A stretch of 64,000 nt of DNA from Malacoraja senta. Its lineage: Eukaryota. The notes beneath the pieces were generated by a model. It was given only the letters and a program-made list of their open reading frames with translations. It did no database searches and had not been told where the DNA came from. Location: the NCBI GenBank assembly GCA_038087875.1, contig JAXLNO010004250.1, positions 124,001 through 188,000 on the forward strand. Direction: 5' to 3'. Shown piece after piece: positions 24,069-36,469 of the stretch (position 1 is the first letter of the stretch; each line of letters starts with the position of its first letter). Position numbers and translations under genes: made by a program.

Positions 24069-24263
24069 CACTGGCGAGCAATATTGCAATTGGTGGAGAG
24101 GTGGAATATTGCGTTGGTGACCAGCCCTCCTGTGTGATGCTGGGACCCAACGGGTCCCACTTAGTCTAGTAGATGTATATACACATGTACACAACATATA
24201 TATGTACACACAGGTGTTTACATACACCACACATGCGTGTGTATAAGTACATATATGTGTGTG

Positions 24264-24300
<37 letters not shown>

Positions 24301-24397
24301 ATATATACACATATATATACAAGCATACACACATGCATATTTATATGCACATACACACATGTGTGTACATATGTGTGTGTGTTTATGTGGTTGTGTG

Positions 24398-24555
24398 TGT
24401 GAATCCTTCCGATCCCAGCACACACGGCCAGTCTATAAACCTCTTCTCGGTGTCAGGGAGACTTCTCAGAGTCCAGGTCAGTCTCACCCTCTTCCGATAC
24501 ACAGACACCTCGAGCCGCGTCCCCGCTGTTTCCACTGTATCCAGGGCGACGGAGA
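24398..24555 (-). pseudogene. Truncated B30.2 (PRY) exon fragment
   Basis: Acceptor ctctccccccag, then VSVALDTVETAGTRLEVSVYRKRVRLTWTLRSLPDTEKRFIDWPCVLGSEGFT, running into a (CA)n tract. The upstream intron matches 45075-45152. Confidence 0.85.
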
Positions 24556-24704
24556 CTGGGGGGAGAGGCAGAGAATCACAGAGTCTCCGGGGGTCGGTGG
24601 GAGACTCGGGCAGCAGCGGCCCCAGGACTGAGAGAGGTCGGAGGAGGATAGAAGGAGAGTGGGGGGCAGGTGGAGGTTGTGCCAGACTCCGGCCCGCATT
24701 GACG

Positions 24705-24899
24705 AAACCTGTTCGCATTAACCAACCTGATGTCCCGGTGGCTCAACACTTCAACTCCCCCTCCCATTCCCAATCCGACCTTTCTGTCCTGGGCCTCCTC
24801 CATGGCCAGAGTGAGTCCCATCGTAAATTGGAGGAGCAGCACCTTATTTCGTTTGGGCAGTTTACACCCCAGCGGTATGAACATTGACTTCGCTAATTT
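24705..24899 (+). mobile_element. Penelope-like GIY-YIG 3' fragment
   Basis: Reads NQPDVPVAQHFNSPSHSQSDLSVLGLLH...LGSLHPSGMNIDF; ends at a gap. Confidence 0.85.
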
Positions 24900-25769
24900 N
24901 NNNNNNNNNNNNNNNNNNNNNNNNNNNNNNNNNNNNNNNNNNNNNNNNNNNNNNNNNNNNNNNNNNNNNNNNNNNNNNNNNNNNNNNNNNNNNNNNNNNN
25001 NNNNNNNNNNNNNNNNNNNNNNNNNNNNNNNNNNNNNNNNNNNNNNNNNNNNNNNNNNNNNNNNNNNNNNNNNNNNNNNNNNNNNNNNNNNNNNNNNNNA
25101 GTGATCAGAATGCAGGAGCAACATGTCATTGTGAGGAAGAAAAACAAGGATGGATACATCTGAGAACTTGGATGACAAGACATGTTGCAAATTTGGTCAA
25201 AAGAGAAATAAAGGAAGCATATGAAATGTTCAGGTCATCGCAAAGCTTCCTTGGCTCCTTGTGAATCTTTTCTGAACCCCTTTCAGCTTGAGGGCAGTCT
25301 TCCTCTGGTCAGGTGAGCAGAACTATGGACAGTTTTCCATGTGATGCCTTGTACAGTTGGACCACAACATCCGACTCTTGTCCTCAATGCCCTGACCGAT
25401 GGAGGCAAACATGACAAACACATTCTTCACACTTTGTCGCTTGTTGTTGCTACTTCCAGTTAGCCATATACTCGGACCCCTAGATATCTCTGTTCCACCA
25501 CACTCTCCAGGGCCCAGCCATTTACTGTGTAACCCCCACCCTGGCTTAATTTACTGAGATGCTGAAAAACATTCAGCAGGTCAGTCTGCATCTAGGGAGA
25601 GAGAAGCAGAGTTGACATTTCTGCTCAATGACATTCAATTGGAACTAGAAATAATTAGAAATTGTGTAAGTATTGTTGCAAGAGGTTTGAGTACTTGAAC
25701 AAAATGCTGTTTGGTCCAAGTTGCTATTCTTCCTGACTATTGTTATTTCTACATCTGTCACTGATGCAG

Positions 25770-26051
25770 CTTTGGGGAGTTTGATCCGGATTCGGTTGCA
25801 GGGATACCAGGGAGATGGAATCCAGCTCGTGTGTAAGTCCGGTGGATGGTATCCTGGACCAGAGATGTGGTGGATCGGTGAGGATCGACAGGTTTTACCA
25901 CAAGCTGACACAATGTACCATGAAGATACGGAGGGTCTGTTAAATGTGGAGAGCAACGTGACAGTAATGAGGCGATCAACAAACAAGTTCAAGTGTGTTG
26001 TTCAATATAGATGGTTAAACATACAACGTGAGGCAATTGTTAAAATATCAG
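25770..26051 (+). CDS. Butyrophilin-like IgC exon (282 nt)
   Basis: gatgcag| ALGSLIRIRLQGYQGDGIQLVCKSGGWYPGPEMWW...VESNVTV...FKCVV...AIVKIS |gtttgt. Phase 1 at both ends. Confidence 0.92.
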
Positions 26052-26906
26052 GTTTGTAAACGTTTCTGTTTGATCATTGAAGTATAAAGGTGATTTACAT
26101 TCCATTGAAACCCCGACTGCCCATGATGCTCACTGAGGTGCTCACATGTTTCTCAGTGATGATTTAGCCACATCTCACTTCTGTGGGGAAATTATCACTG
26201 ATTTTTAAAGTCAGTTTACTATATGCTCCGATCCTGTTGCTTTGCTGCCTTTTAAATCTGTAACTGCATGAAAGGCCAACTGAGTCCACAACTTGTCCAA
26301 CCAGGTTGGGCATCGGCACAAACACTTTCAAATCCCTGACGCTCTTCTAAAGAGTCTTAAATGGACAAACCATGAGCACTCCCAGAGCATTGGCACGCAC
26401 GGCCCTGTCACATTGACCACATGGGAACTATTGACACCACTAGGACTGGGATGAAGGTTCTACTGAAGGAGACGTCATGGTCCGATTACAAAGCAGAACC
26501 GTGAAGGAAACGGTGTGTGGATGACTACCCGAGACCTGTGTAAATTGGCACCGGGCGAATGAGGTCATGTAGTTACCATATGGGTCCACAATAATTGTGG
26601 GAGAAATGGGTTCCAATTCCTGAGGTGGAAGTCCCAGTGGGGGGGGGGGGAGAGGGAATCAGTTCCATTGGGTTGGACTTCACTTAAATCACCCTGAGAC
26701 CAGTGTCTGGGTGAATCACATGACAGAGAATGTAGATGAAGCTTTGATATACATATATGCTGATATATATACTGAGATATGTATACTGATGAGGTTGCTG
26801 GGGCATGTGTGATGTGTGTGTGTGTGAGAGAGACGGAGACAGAGGGAGAGGGGGAGAGAGAATGTGAGTGTGTATCACTGTCTGATTCACTGTCTTCACT
26901 CTGCAG

Positions 26907-27029
26907 ATGATATCTTCCCTGCTGGAGTTCCTGACTGGGCCCTGCCGCTGGTCCTCACCATTTGTCTTCTCATTGCCGCCCACGGTGCTGTGTTTTATTG
27001 GAACGTGAAACAAAACAGACGCATTAAAG
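26907..27029 (+). CDS. Butyrophilin-like transmembrane exon
   Basis: ctgcag| DDIFPAGVPDWALPLVLTICLLIAAHGAVFYWNVKQNRRIK |gtacgt. Phase 1. Confidence 0.88.
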
Positions 27030-27947
27030 GTACGTTAAACAACAGCGTAAGATGCAGGTCAGGAAATCCGGGTGGGATTCTCCCAGATTCCCACTGTAAC
27101 TTCAGTGGAAAACCAGAGCACTCTCCGCGGGGCTTCCACCTTCCAGCGGTAACTGTGGCCTCTGGACAGAGTATCAGTGTCCCGGGAGTTGGGGGTAATG
27201 GGGTAAACGGGCAGATGTGACGTCTGTGTGTACATGAGGCGGTGCCATGGGAGGAGATTTAACCGGACACAGAGTCACTTGGACTTGTCTCTGTTTCCTG
27301 TATTTGATCTCCACTGTGGAGAGATGGATCACAGATGAGGTGATCACTTGGATGAACATCTCTGTTCAGTTCCCCGTTGTCAACCTGAGCTTTCGCTCAC
27401 TTGTCACTTTCATTGCGTGTCCCGTCCCAGTGTGAGATCTCCCTCGCTCTCTTGCACTGATCTAATGAGGCTGAGCAGAGGCTGGGGAACCGCCCGCCTT
27501 TGAATCCGGCATCTCGCAGCCTTCCAGATTCAACATTGTCCTCAACCGTTTCACACAGTGATCACCGTGTTCACATTTTCCTACAGCAACTGTTGGTCGT
27601 GGGTGAATTATTGAAACGTCCCCGGACCCACAGTGTATTTATTCACCTGATCCGTTCCTCGTCATTCCCCTCTCCTGCCCTTCACATGTTACACAACATT
27701 TGTTTTCCCGCCTTTATTTGCCACTACACTTGTCTCACACCTGTCACCATCTGACATTGTCCAGGCCTGATGAGACCCTGTCAACGTGAACCAGGAATTC
27801 TGTTCCTCTCTGCAGCTGCCTGACCCGTGCGGAACTTCCCTCATTGTTCTACACTTATTTCCAGCCTTGTTTGGATTGACCTGTGACTCTGATAGTCATT
27901 GTCTCTGATGCTCATTGTTCAAATGTAACACTGGTTTCTCCTTCCAG

Positions 27948-27980
27948 AGCTGGAACGGCGCAAATCCATCGTAGAACTTG
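27948..27980 (+). CDS. BTN-like cytoplasmic heptad exon 1 (33 nt, ELERRKSIVEL)
   Basis: ttctccttccag acceptor, gtaaga donor, phase 1. Confidence 0.75.
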
Positions 27981-28021
27981 GTAAGAAATTAGTATAGAAA
28001 TATTCACAAATGAGAAGGAAT

Positions 28022-28197
28022 GGCGACACAGTGGCGCTGCTGGGAGAATTGATATCTCACAGCGCCAGAGACGCGGGTTCGATCCTGACCTCGGGTGCTG
28101 TCTGTGTGGAGTTTGCATGTTCTCCCTGTGACGGGTTTCCTCCGGGTGCTCCGGTTTCCTCCCACATTCCGAAGACGTGCGGGTTTGTGCGTTAATT
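28022..28197 (+). mobile_element. tRNA-derived SINE (HE1-like)
   Basis: ggcgacacagtggcgc (A box)...gggttcgatcc (B box), followed by the family body. Confidence 0.88.
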
Positions 28198-28199
28198 TC

Positions 28200-29230
28200 A
28201 GGAATGTCGATGGTGTACAAGCTCCAATCAGCATCAATGGTACCGAAGTACAAGTGGGTGAGAGCCTCATGTATCTCGGTGTTAATATTCCCAGTGATCT
28301 GTTGTGGACCAAGTACAGAGAAGCAACAGCCAAGATGTCACCCAATGTGTCTACTTGCTTAGGAGTGAGGAAATTCAGCATGTCTGGTCGAGATCGTAAT
28401 TACTGAAAGATATAGATGTGGCCCAGTTCATCACACAGCCCACACTCCCCACCATTGTAGATGTAGCCCAGTCCCACACAGACCACACTCCCCACCATTG
28501 TAGATGTAGCCCAGTCCCACACAGACCACACTCCCCACCATTGTAGATGTAGCCCAGTCCATCACACAGACCACACTCCCCACCATTGTAGATGTAGCCC
28601 AGTCCCACACAGACCACACTCCCCACCATTGTAGATGTAGCCCAGTCCATCACACAGACCACACTCCCCACCATTGTAGATGTAGCCCAGTCCATCACAC
28701 AGACCACACTCCCCACCATTGTAGATGTAGCCCAGTCCCACACACAGACCACACTCCCCACCATTGTAGATGTAGCCCAGTCCCACACAGACCACACTCC
28801 CCACCATTGTAGATGTAGCCCAGTCCATCACACAGACCACACTCCCCACCATTGTAGATGGAGCCCAGTCCCACACAGACCACACTCCCCACCATTGTAG
28901 ATGTAGCCCAGTCCATCACACAGACCACACTCTCCACCATTGACTCCGTCTACACTTCACGCTGCCTTGGAAAAGCTGCCAACATCATCAAAGACTTGTC
29001 CCACCCCGGTCATTCCTTCTTCTCCCTGCTCCCGTCCGGCAGAAGGTACAGAAGCTAGAAAGCGCGCAGCACCAGACTCAGGAACAGCTTCTTCCCCTTT
29101 GTTATTAGACATCTAAATGGTCCTACCATAAGCTAGGATATTGTCCGATTCACCTCTACCCCATTGTAGCCATTGGACTTTGTCTCTGGAACTGATGCGC
29201 TACAATGCTGAGAACTATATTCTGCACTCA
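28200..29230 (+). mobile_element. Rex1/Babar-type 3' fragment containing a 43-45 bp array (28415-28945)
   Basis: Reads TIDSVYTSRCLGKAANIIKDLSHPGHSFFSLLPSGRRYRS. About 12 tandem units upstream. Confidence 0.85.
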
Positions 29231-29690
29231 ATAGACAAAAGACGCAGTAGGCCATTTGGCCCTTCGAGCCAGCACCGCCATTCAATGTGATCATGGCTGA
29301 TCATCCCCAATCAGTACCCCGTTCCTGCCTTCTCCCCATATCCCCTGACTCCGCTATTTTTAAGAGCCCTATCTAGCTCTCTCTTGAAAGCATCCAGATA
29401 ACCTGCCTCCACCGCCCTCTGAGGCAGAGAATTCCACGGACTCGCCACTCTCTGTGAGAAAAAGTGTTTCCTCGTCTCCGTTCTAAATGGCTTACTCCTT
29501 ATTCTTAAACTGTGGCCCCTGGTTCTGGACTCCCCCAACATCGGGAACATGTTTCCTGCCTCTAGCGTGTCCAAGCCCTTAACAATCTTATATGTTTCAG
29601 TGAGATGCCCTCTCATCCTTCTAAACTCCAGAGTGTACAAGCCCAGCTGCTCCATTCTCTCAGCATATGACAGTCCCGCCATCCCGGGAA
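29230..29690 (-). mobile_element. CR1 3' fragment
   Basis: Reads IPGMAGLSYAERMEQLGLYTLEFRRMRG...ELDRALKNSG. Confidence 0.92.
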
Positions 29691-30184
29691 TCTCGGTATC
29701 TTCCCCTCTGCTCTTCCTGTTGTACTTGGGTTGGACTTGATTGTATTTATGCATCGTATTGATCTGATCCGATTGGATGACATGCACAACAAAGATTTTC
29801 ACTGTACCTCAACACACGTGACAATAATCCACCTAAACCCCAAAATTATTAGGGATAAGGGTCTCGACCTGAAACCTCACCCATTTCTTCATTCCGGAGA
29901 TGCTGTCTGTCCCGCTGAGTTACTCCAGCATTTTGTGTCAATCGTTGGTTTATTATTGCTCCTTGTACTCAGACACAGTGAGAATATTGTGTCTGTGTGT
30001 TATCCCATTACATCATCATATTATACATGAGTGAGATCAAGCCATATACGTCCAACAGGTAGAGCACAAGGAATAATCCCAGAGTGCAGAATGTGGTCCC
30101 AGCTGTGGGACCAGGATACTTACAACCCCCTCCCCAGTGACTTCCCCACTCGGCCACAGCTGTCAGTGGGGGCATTAGGACCAT

Positions 30185-33100
30185 AGAAACATAGAAACAT
30201 AGAAAATAGGTGCAGGAATAGGCCATTCGGCCCTTCGAGCCTGCACCGCCATTCAATATGATCATGGCTGATCATCCAACTCAGTATCCCGTACCGGCCT
30301 TCTCTCCATACCCCCTGATCCCCTTAGCCACAAGGGCCACATCTAACTCTTTCTTAAATATAGCCAATGAACTGGCCTCTACTACCCTCTGTGGCAGAGA
30401 GTTCCAGAGATTCACCACTCTCTGTGTGAAAAAGGTTTTCCTCATCTCGGTCTTAAAGGATTTCCCCTTATCCTTAAGCTGTGACCCCTTGTCCTGGACT
30501 TCCCCAACATCGGGAACAATCTTCCTGCATCTAGCCTGTCCAACCCCATAAGAATTTTGTACGTTTCTATAAGATCCCCTCTCAATCTCCTAAATTCTAG
30601 CGAGTATAAGCCAAGTCTATCCAGTCTTTCTTCATATGAAAGTCCTGACATCCCAGGAATCAGTCTGGTGAACCTTCTCTGCACTCCCTCTATGGCTATA
30701 ATGTCCTTCCTCAGATTTGGAGACCAAAACTGTACGCAATACTCCAGGTGTGGTCTCACCAAGACCCTGTACAACTGCAGTAGAACCTCCCTGCTCCTAT
30801 ACTCAAATCCTCTTGCTATGAAGGCCAACATACCATTCGCTTTCTTCACTGCCTGCTGCACCTGCATGCCTACTTTCAATGACTGGTGTACCATGACACC
30901 CAGGTCTCGCTGCATCTCCCCATTTCCTAATCGGCCACCATTTAGATAATAGTCTGCCTTCCCGTTCTTGCCACCAAAGTGGATAACCTCACATTTATCC
31001 ACATTATACTGCATCTGCCAAACATTTGCCCACTCACCCAGCCTATCCAAGTCACCTTGCAGTCTCCTAGCATCCTCCTCACAGCTAACACTGCCCCCCA
31101 GCTTAGTGTCATCTGCAAACTTGGAGATGTTGCTTTCAATTCCCTCGTCCAGATCATTAATATAAATTGTAAATAGCTGGGGTCCCAGCACTGAGCCTTG
31201 CGGTACCCCACTAGTCACTGCCTGCCATTGTGAAAAGGACCCGTTTACTCCTACTCTTTGCTTCCTGTTTGCCAGCCAGTTCTCTATCCACATCAATACT
31301 GAACCCCCAATACCGTGTGATTTAAGTTTGTATCCTAATCTCTTATGTGGGACCTTGTCGAAAGCCTTCTGAAAGTCCAGATACAACACATCCACTGGTT
31401 CTCCCCTATCCACTCTACTAGTTACATCCTCGAAAAATTCTATAAGGTTCGTTAGACACGATTTACCTTTCGTAAATCCATGCTGACTTTGTCCAATGAT
31501 TTCACCACTTTCCAAATGTGCTGCTATCCCATCTTTAATAACTGACTAGCAGTTTCCCCACCACCGATGTTAGACTAACTGGTCTGTAATTCCCCGTTTT
31601 CTCTCTCCCTCCCTTCTTAAAAAGTGGGGTTACGTTTGCTACCCTCCAATCCTCAGGAACTACTCCAGAATCTAAAGAGTTTTGAAAAATTAGCACTAAT
31701 GCATCCACTATTTCTGGAGCTACTTCCTTAAGTACTCTGGGATGCAGCCTATCTGGCCCTGGTGATTTATCGGCCTTTAATCCATTCAATTTACCCAACA
31801 CCACTTCCCGACTAACCTGGATTTCACTCAGTTCCTCCATCTCCTTTGACCCGCGGCCCCCTGCTATTTCCGGCAGATTATTTATGTCTTCCTCAGTGAA
31901 GACGGAACCAAAGTAGTTATTCAATTGGTCCGCCATATCCTTGTTCCCCATGATCAATTCACCTGTTTCTGACTGCAAGGGACCTACATTTGTTTTAACT
32001 AATCTCCTTCTCTTCACATATCTATAAAAACTTTTGCAGTCAGTTTTTATGTTCCCTGCCAGTTTCCTTTCATAATCTATTTTCCCTTTCCTAATTAAAC
32101 CCTTTGTCCTCCTCTGCTGGTCTCTGAATTTCTCCCAGTCCTCTGGTATGCTGCTTTTTCTGGCTAATTTGTACGCATCATCTTTTGCTTTGATACTATC
32201 CCTGATTTCCCTTGTTATCCACGGATGCACTACCTTCCCTGATTTATTCTTTTGCCAAACTGGGATGAACAATTTTTGTAGTTCATCCATGCAGTCTTTA
32301 AATGCCTTCCATTGCATATCCACCGTCAACCCTTTTAGAACTAATTGCCAGTCAATCTTGGCCAATTCACGTCTCATACCCTCAAAGTTACCTTTCTTTA
32401 AGTTCCGAACCTTTGTTTCTGAATTAACAATGTCACTCTCCATCCTAATGAAGAACTCAACCATATTATGGTCACTCTTGCCCAAGGGGGCACGCACAAC
32501 AAGTCTGCTAACTAACCCTTCCTCATTACTCAATACCCAGTCTAGAATAGCCTGCTCTCTCGTTGGTTCCTCTACATGTTGGTTTAGATAACTATCCCTC
32601 ATACATTCCAAGAAATCCTCTTCCTCAGCACCCCTGCCAATTTGATTCACCCAATCTATATGTAGATTGAAGTCACCCATTATAACTGTTTTGCCTTTGT
32701 TGCACGCATTTCTAATTTCCTGTTTGATGCCATCCCCAACTTCACTACTACTGCTAGGTGGCCTGTACACAACACCCACCAGCGTTTTCTGCCCCTTAGT
32801 GTTTCGCAGCTCTACCCATACCGATTCCACATCCTCCAAGCTAATGTCCTTCCTTTCCACTGCGTTAATCTCCTCTCTAACCAGCAATGCTACCCCACCT
32901 CCTTTTCCTTTCTCTCTATCCCTCCTGAATATTGAATATCCCTGGATGTTCAGCTCCCAGCCTTGGTCACCCTGGAGCCATGTCTCCGTGATCCCAACTA
33001 TATCATAATCATTAATTGCTATCTGCACGTTCAACTCATCCACCTTATTACGAATGCTCCTTGCATTGAGACACAAAGCCTTCAGGCTTGTTTTTACAAC

Positions 33101-33610
33101 GCTCTTACCCCTTATACAATTATGTTGAAAACTGGCTCTTTTTGATTTTTGCCCTGGATTTGTCTGCCTGCCACTTTTACTTTTCACCTTGCTACCTATT
33201 GCTTCTGCCCGCATTTTACACCCCTCTGTTTCTCTGCTCACCCATTTAAGAACCCCACCACCTCTTATTCTCTGTTTATTATTGTTTTCTTCTTTCCCCC
33301 CCTACATGTTGGGACTGAGTGCTTTCCTTCTCTGCCTCCTGCCTCACACACTGTCCAATAGCATTCTCTATTTGAGTCCCTCCCCCCCAACCATTCTAGT
33401 TTAAAGTCTCCCCAGTAGCCTTTGCAAATCTCCCTGCCAGGATATCGGTCCCCCTCAGGTTCAAGTGCAACCCATCCTTTTTGTACAGGTCGAACCTTCC
33501 ACAAAAGAGGTCCCAATGATCCAGAAATTTGAATCCCTGCCTTCTGCACCAGTCCTTCAGCCACGCATTTATCCTCCACCTCGCTCCATTCCTACTCTCA
33601 CTGTCGCGTG
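30185..33610 (-). mobile_element. CR1 LINE: ORF1 esterase tail, nearly intact ORF2 (APE plus RT), 3' UTR
   Basis: ORFs 33396-33674 (DGLHLN), 31535-33241 (LNARSIRNK, ETW, GDFN, SDH) and 30442-31515 (FADD). Two small frameshifts. Confidence 0.96.
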
Positions 33611-33819
33611 GCAACAGTGAGCAAGGTGATGGGCTACACGGTGACACAGCACGGGAACACACGGAGGGATTCACGCAGTGGGAGATTAAACCCTGACTAG
33701 CGTCTTTAATCTGTTGCTGGAGTCCTGAAAGGTTTCCTTAAAGCAAACCTGCGCCTTTGTTCACTGATGCATGTTCTGATGTACTTTATTCATGGCTTAT
33801 CTTTCCTGTTCCTTTTTAG

Positions 33820-33846
33820 GACTATGGGCACCCCTTGTTCAGTCAG
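33820..33846 (+). CDS. BTN-like heptad exon 2 (27 nt, GLWAPLVQS)
   Basis: cctttttag acceptor, cag|gtatgt donor, phase 1, typical BTN mini-exon length. Confidence 0.6.
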
Positions 33847-33863
33847 GTATGTACCTCACCAAC

Positions 33864-34815
33864 TAGAAGAGGGAGAGATTGAGAGGGAGGGTGGGTGATG
33901 GAGAGGGGAGGGGAGAGAAGGGGAGGGAGAGAGAGAGAGAAGGGGGGAGAGGGGGAAGGAGAGAAAGGGGAAGGGAGAGCGAGAGGGAGGGAGATAGAGA
34001 GGGGGGGGGCAGAGAGGGAGAAAGAGAGGGGAGGGGGTGAGTGAGAGGGAGAGGGGGGAGAGAGAGGGGGAGATAGAGAGGGGGAGAGGGAGAGAGAGAG
34101 GGGAGGGGGAAGGGGAGATAGGGAGGGAGAGAGATAGAGAGGGAATGGGAGAGAGGGGATGGGAGAGGAGGGGGAGCTAAAAGAGAGGAATAGATTGGGA
34201 GAGACAGAGGGAGAGAGAGGGAGGGAAAGTGAAAGGTAGAGAGATAGAGACGGAGGAGGAGGGGGAGAGAGTGGTAGTGGGGAGAGGGAGAGAGAGAGGG
34301 GGTGAGATAGAGGGAGAGAGATAGAGAGGTGTGGGAAAGAGGGAGGGAGAGAGAGATAGAGGGGGGGAGGGGAGAGAGATAGAGAGAGGGGAGGGGGAGT
34401 GGTGAGAGGGGGAGGGGGGAGTAGGAGGGGGAGGGGGGGAGGTGAGAGAGAGGAGGGGGGGAGAGAGAGAGGGGGGAGAGAGGGATTGGTTGTGAGGGGG
34501 AGAGGGTGTGAGTGAGAGAAGGGGGCGAGAGAGAGGACGAGACAGAGGGGGAAGGAAAGAGATGGGAGGGGGAGAGGGTGAGAGGGGGAGGCAGTGAGAG
34601 GGAGAAAGAGAGGAAGGAAGAGAGGGAGGGGAGAGAGAGAGGGAGGGGAGAGAGAGAGGTGGAAAGAGAGGGGGTGAAGGAGGGAGATAGAGGGGGAGTA
34701 GAGGGAGAGAGAGAGTGAGCAGAGGAGAGTGGGACAGGAGAGAGAGGGGGAGAGAGGGGGGAGGGGAGAGGGGAGAGGAGAGAGAGGATTTTGGAGAGAG
34801 GAGAGGAGAGAGGAC
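33864..34815. repeat. Polypurine (GA/GG) tract of about 950 bp
   Basis: Base composition, read directly. Confidence 0.95.
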
Positions 34816-34834
34816 AGAGTTGGTCGGTGTGGGC

Positions 34835-35640
34835 GCTGCCAGCAGCGTGTTATTTTTTTCTACATTTTTTTATTTTTAGTGTGTTTCAATGTAGGTTTTT
34901 AGTGGTTTTTTTATCTGTGTTTTGTGTGGGGGGTGGTGTGTGTGGGGGGGAGGGGTGAGGGGGAAACCGCTTTTGGTCGCCTCCTCCAAGGAGAGGCGAC
35001 TTTTTCCATGTCGCCTCCCCCGTGGCCTGACATCGAGGATCGGTGCGGCCTTTCCCGGAGACGGGCCCGGGGCTTCAGCTGCGGGCGAGCCCTCGCCGGG
35101 GGGTCGGCGGAGGGGAGCGCTCCATTCGCTGGCCCGCGGCAGCCTGGAGTCACGGTCTGCAAGGCTCCAGTTGGCGGCGTCAACAGCCTGGGATCCCTCG
35201 TTGGGGACCCGGGAGGAGAAGACCTCCGACTGCCGGCCCGCGGCCTACTTTCACCACAGGCGCAGCGGGGACTTGCCATCAGGAGCGGGGTCCCTCGCCG
35301 GGGATCACTGGAGAGGAGCTTCGACCGCTGGCCCTGCGGTCTACGGTGCTTCTGGCTGCGGCGCGGTGGGGACTTTAGATCTTCGACTGCCGGCCTGCGG
35401 CCTACATCAACCTAAAGCCGTGGTCTCCGGTGGGGAGGCACCGATTCAGGACTTACCTCGACTTACCTGTCTGTACATCTGGACGCCCGCAGCTGTGACT
35501 GCGGGGGGTTGAGGTCCCGACCACGGGGAAAATGGAGGAGGTGGATGTTTGTGTTAAATTGTGTATTGTGTGTTCTTTATTATTGTACCGCTGCTGGCAA
35601 ATTCATTTCACTTGCACTTTATGCAACATTCACTTGCAGC
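34835..35640 (+). mobile_element. Non-autonomous GC-rich retroelement (same broad family as 1076, 15885 and 59237)
   Basis: Same layout as the 15885 copy: T-rich leader, gggggaaac...tcgcctc..., GC-rich body, ggatgtttgtgttaaattgtg tail region. Confidence 0.65.
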
Positions 35641-35782
35641 AACATTATCACCAGCATGTAGTGATACTGAAGCCGGTCCACCATGAGCTTCTTTACATAT
35701 TTAAAGCTCATTGCTATGAAATTAATCACAGATTGGATCCCAGAGAGTTTTATTCAGTCTTGTTTGTTGTTTTTGTTTTCAG

Positions 35783-35809
35783 AGTGGAAAAGGATACGTG
35801 GCCACCAAG
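35783..35809 (+). CDS. BTN-like heptad exon 3 (27 nt, EWKRIRGHQ)
   Basis: ttgttttcag acceptor, gtaaga donor. An (E)W(K/R)R-type mini-exon precedes B30.2 in BTN genes. Confidence 0.8.
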
Positions 35810-36469
35810 GTAAGATCTTGTTTTACGTGAGTGTGCGTTTGGTGTGTATGTATGTGTGCGTGTGCCATCGTTTGAGTGTGTCGTGTGTGTGTGTGCGTGA
35901 GTATGCGACTGTGAGTGTGTGCAAATGTGAACCTATGTGCGTGTGTGTATTTGCGTGCGTGTGGGTATGTGTGTGTGTGCGTGTGTGTGTGGGTATGTGT
36001 GTGTTTGCGTGTGTGGGTATGTGTGTGTATGTTTGAGCGAGTGTGGGTGTGCGTGTGGGTGTGTGTGCGGGCGATGATGATATTGAGATTACCCGTCCGA
36101 GACCGTACACTTGCCAAGACTTTGTCTTATCTGTTCTAAGTATCTACAAGTACTCTCACTATAAGGGGATTAAACTGTATCAACCTATATTTCAAAGACT
36201 AATTTACTTCACTACTCCAGTCACAGCTGAAGGTGGTTAGTTGTCAATAATCACTATTTACACCCGTGGGTCCACCCTCCCAACCAAGGAGCGGTTACTT
36301 CCAGCTAACGACGCAGAATAAACACAGTTATATTTTTAAATGAAGCACGATTAATTCTGAGGAGTAATTTTAACGGAGATCATAGTTTACAAAGGATTTC
36401 CAACACACAAGTGCAATTCTTACAATTGAGGATAACATATGAATGAGTAGCAGAGGAACAAGCAGTACA

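Noticed and set aside
23230-24425. Long Pro-, Gly- or Arg-Glu-rich ORFs (up to 308 aa)
   Set aside because: They are translations of CT/GA and TA/CA low-complexity tracts.
28022-28095. tRNA gene calls at SINE heads (also 2770-2835 and 38360-38425)
   Set aside because: A and B boxes are present but there is no full cloverleaf, and each continues into the SINE body.
28415-28945. CRISPR-like regularly spaced repeats (also 19022-22000, 49225-49675 and 55178-55545)
   Set aside because: No unique spacers, no cas genes and a vertebrate context; these are plain minisatellites.
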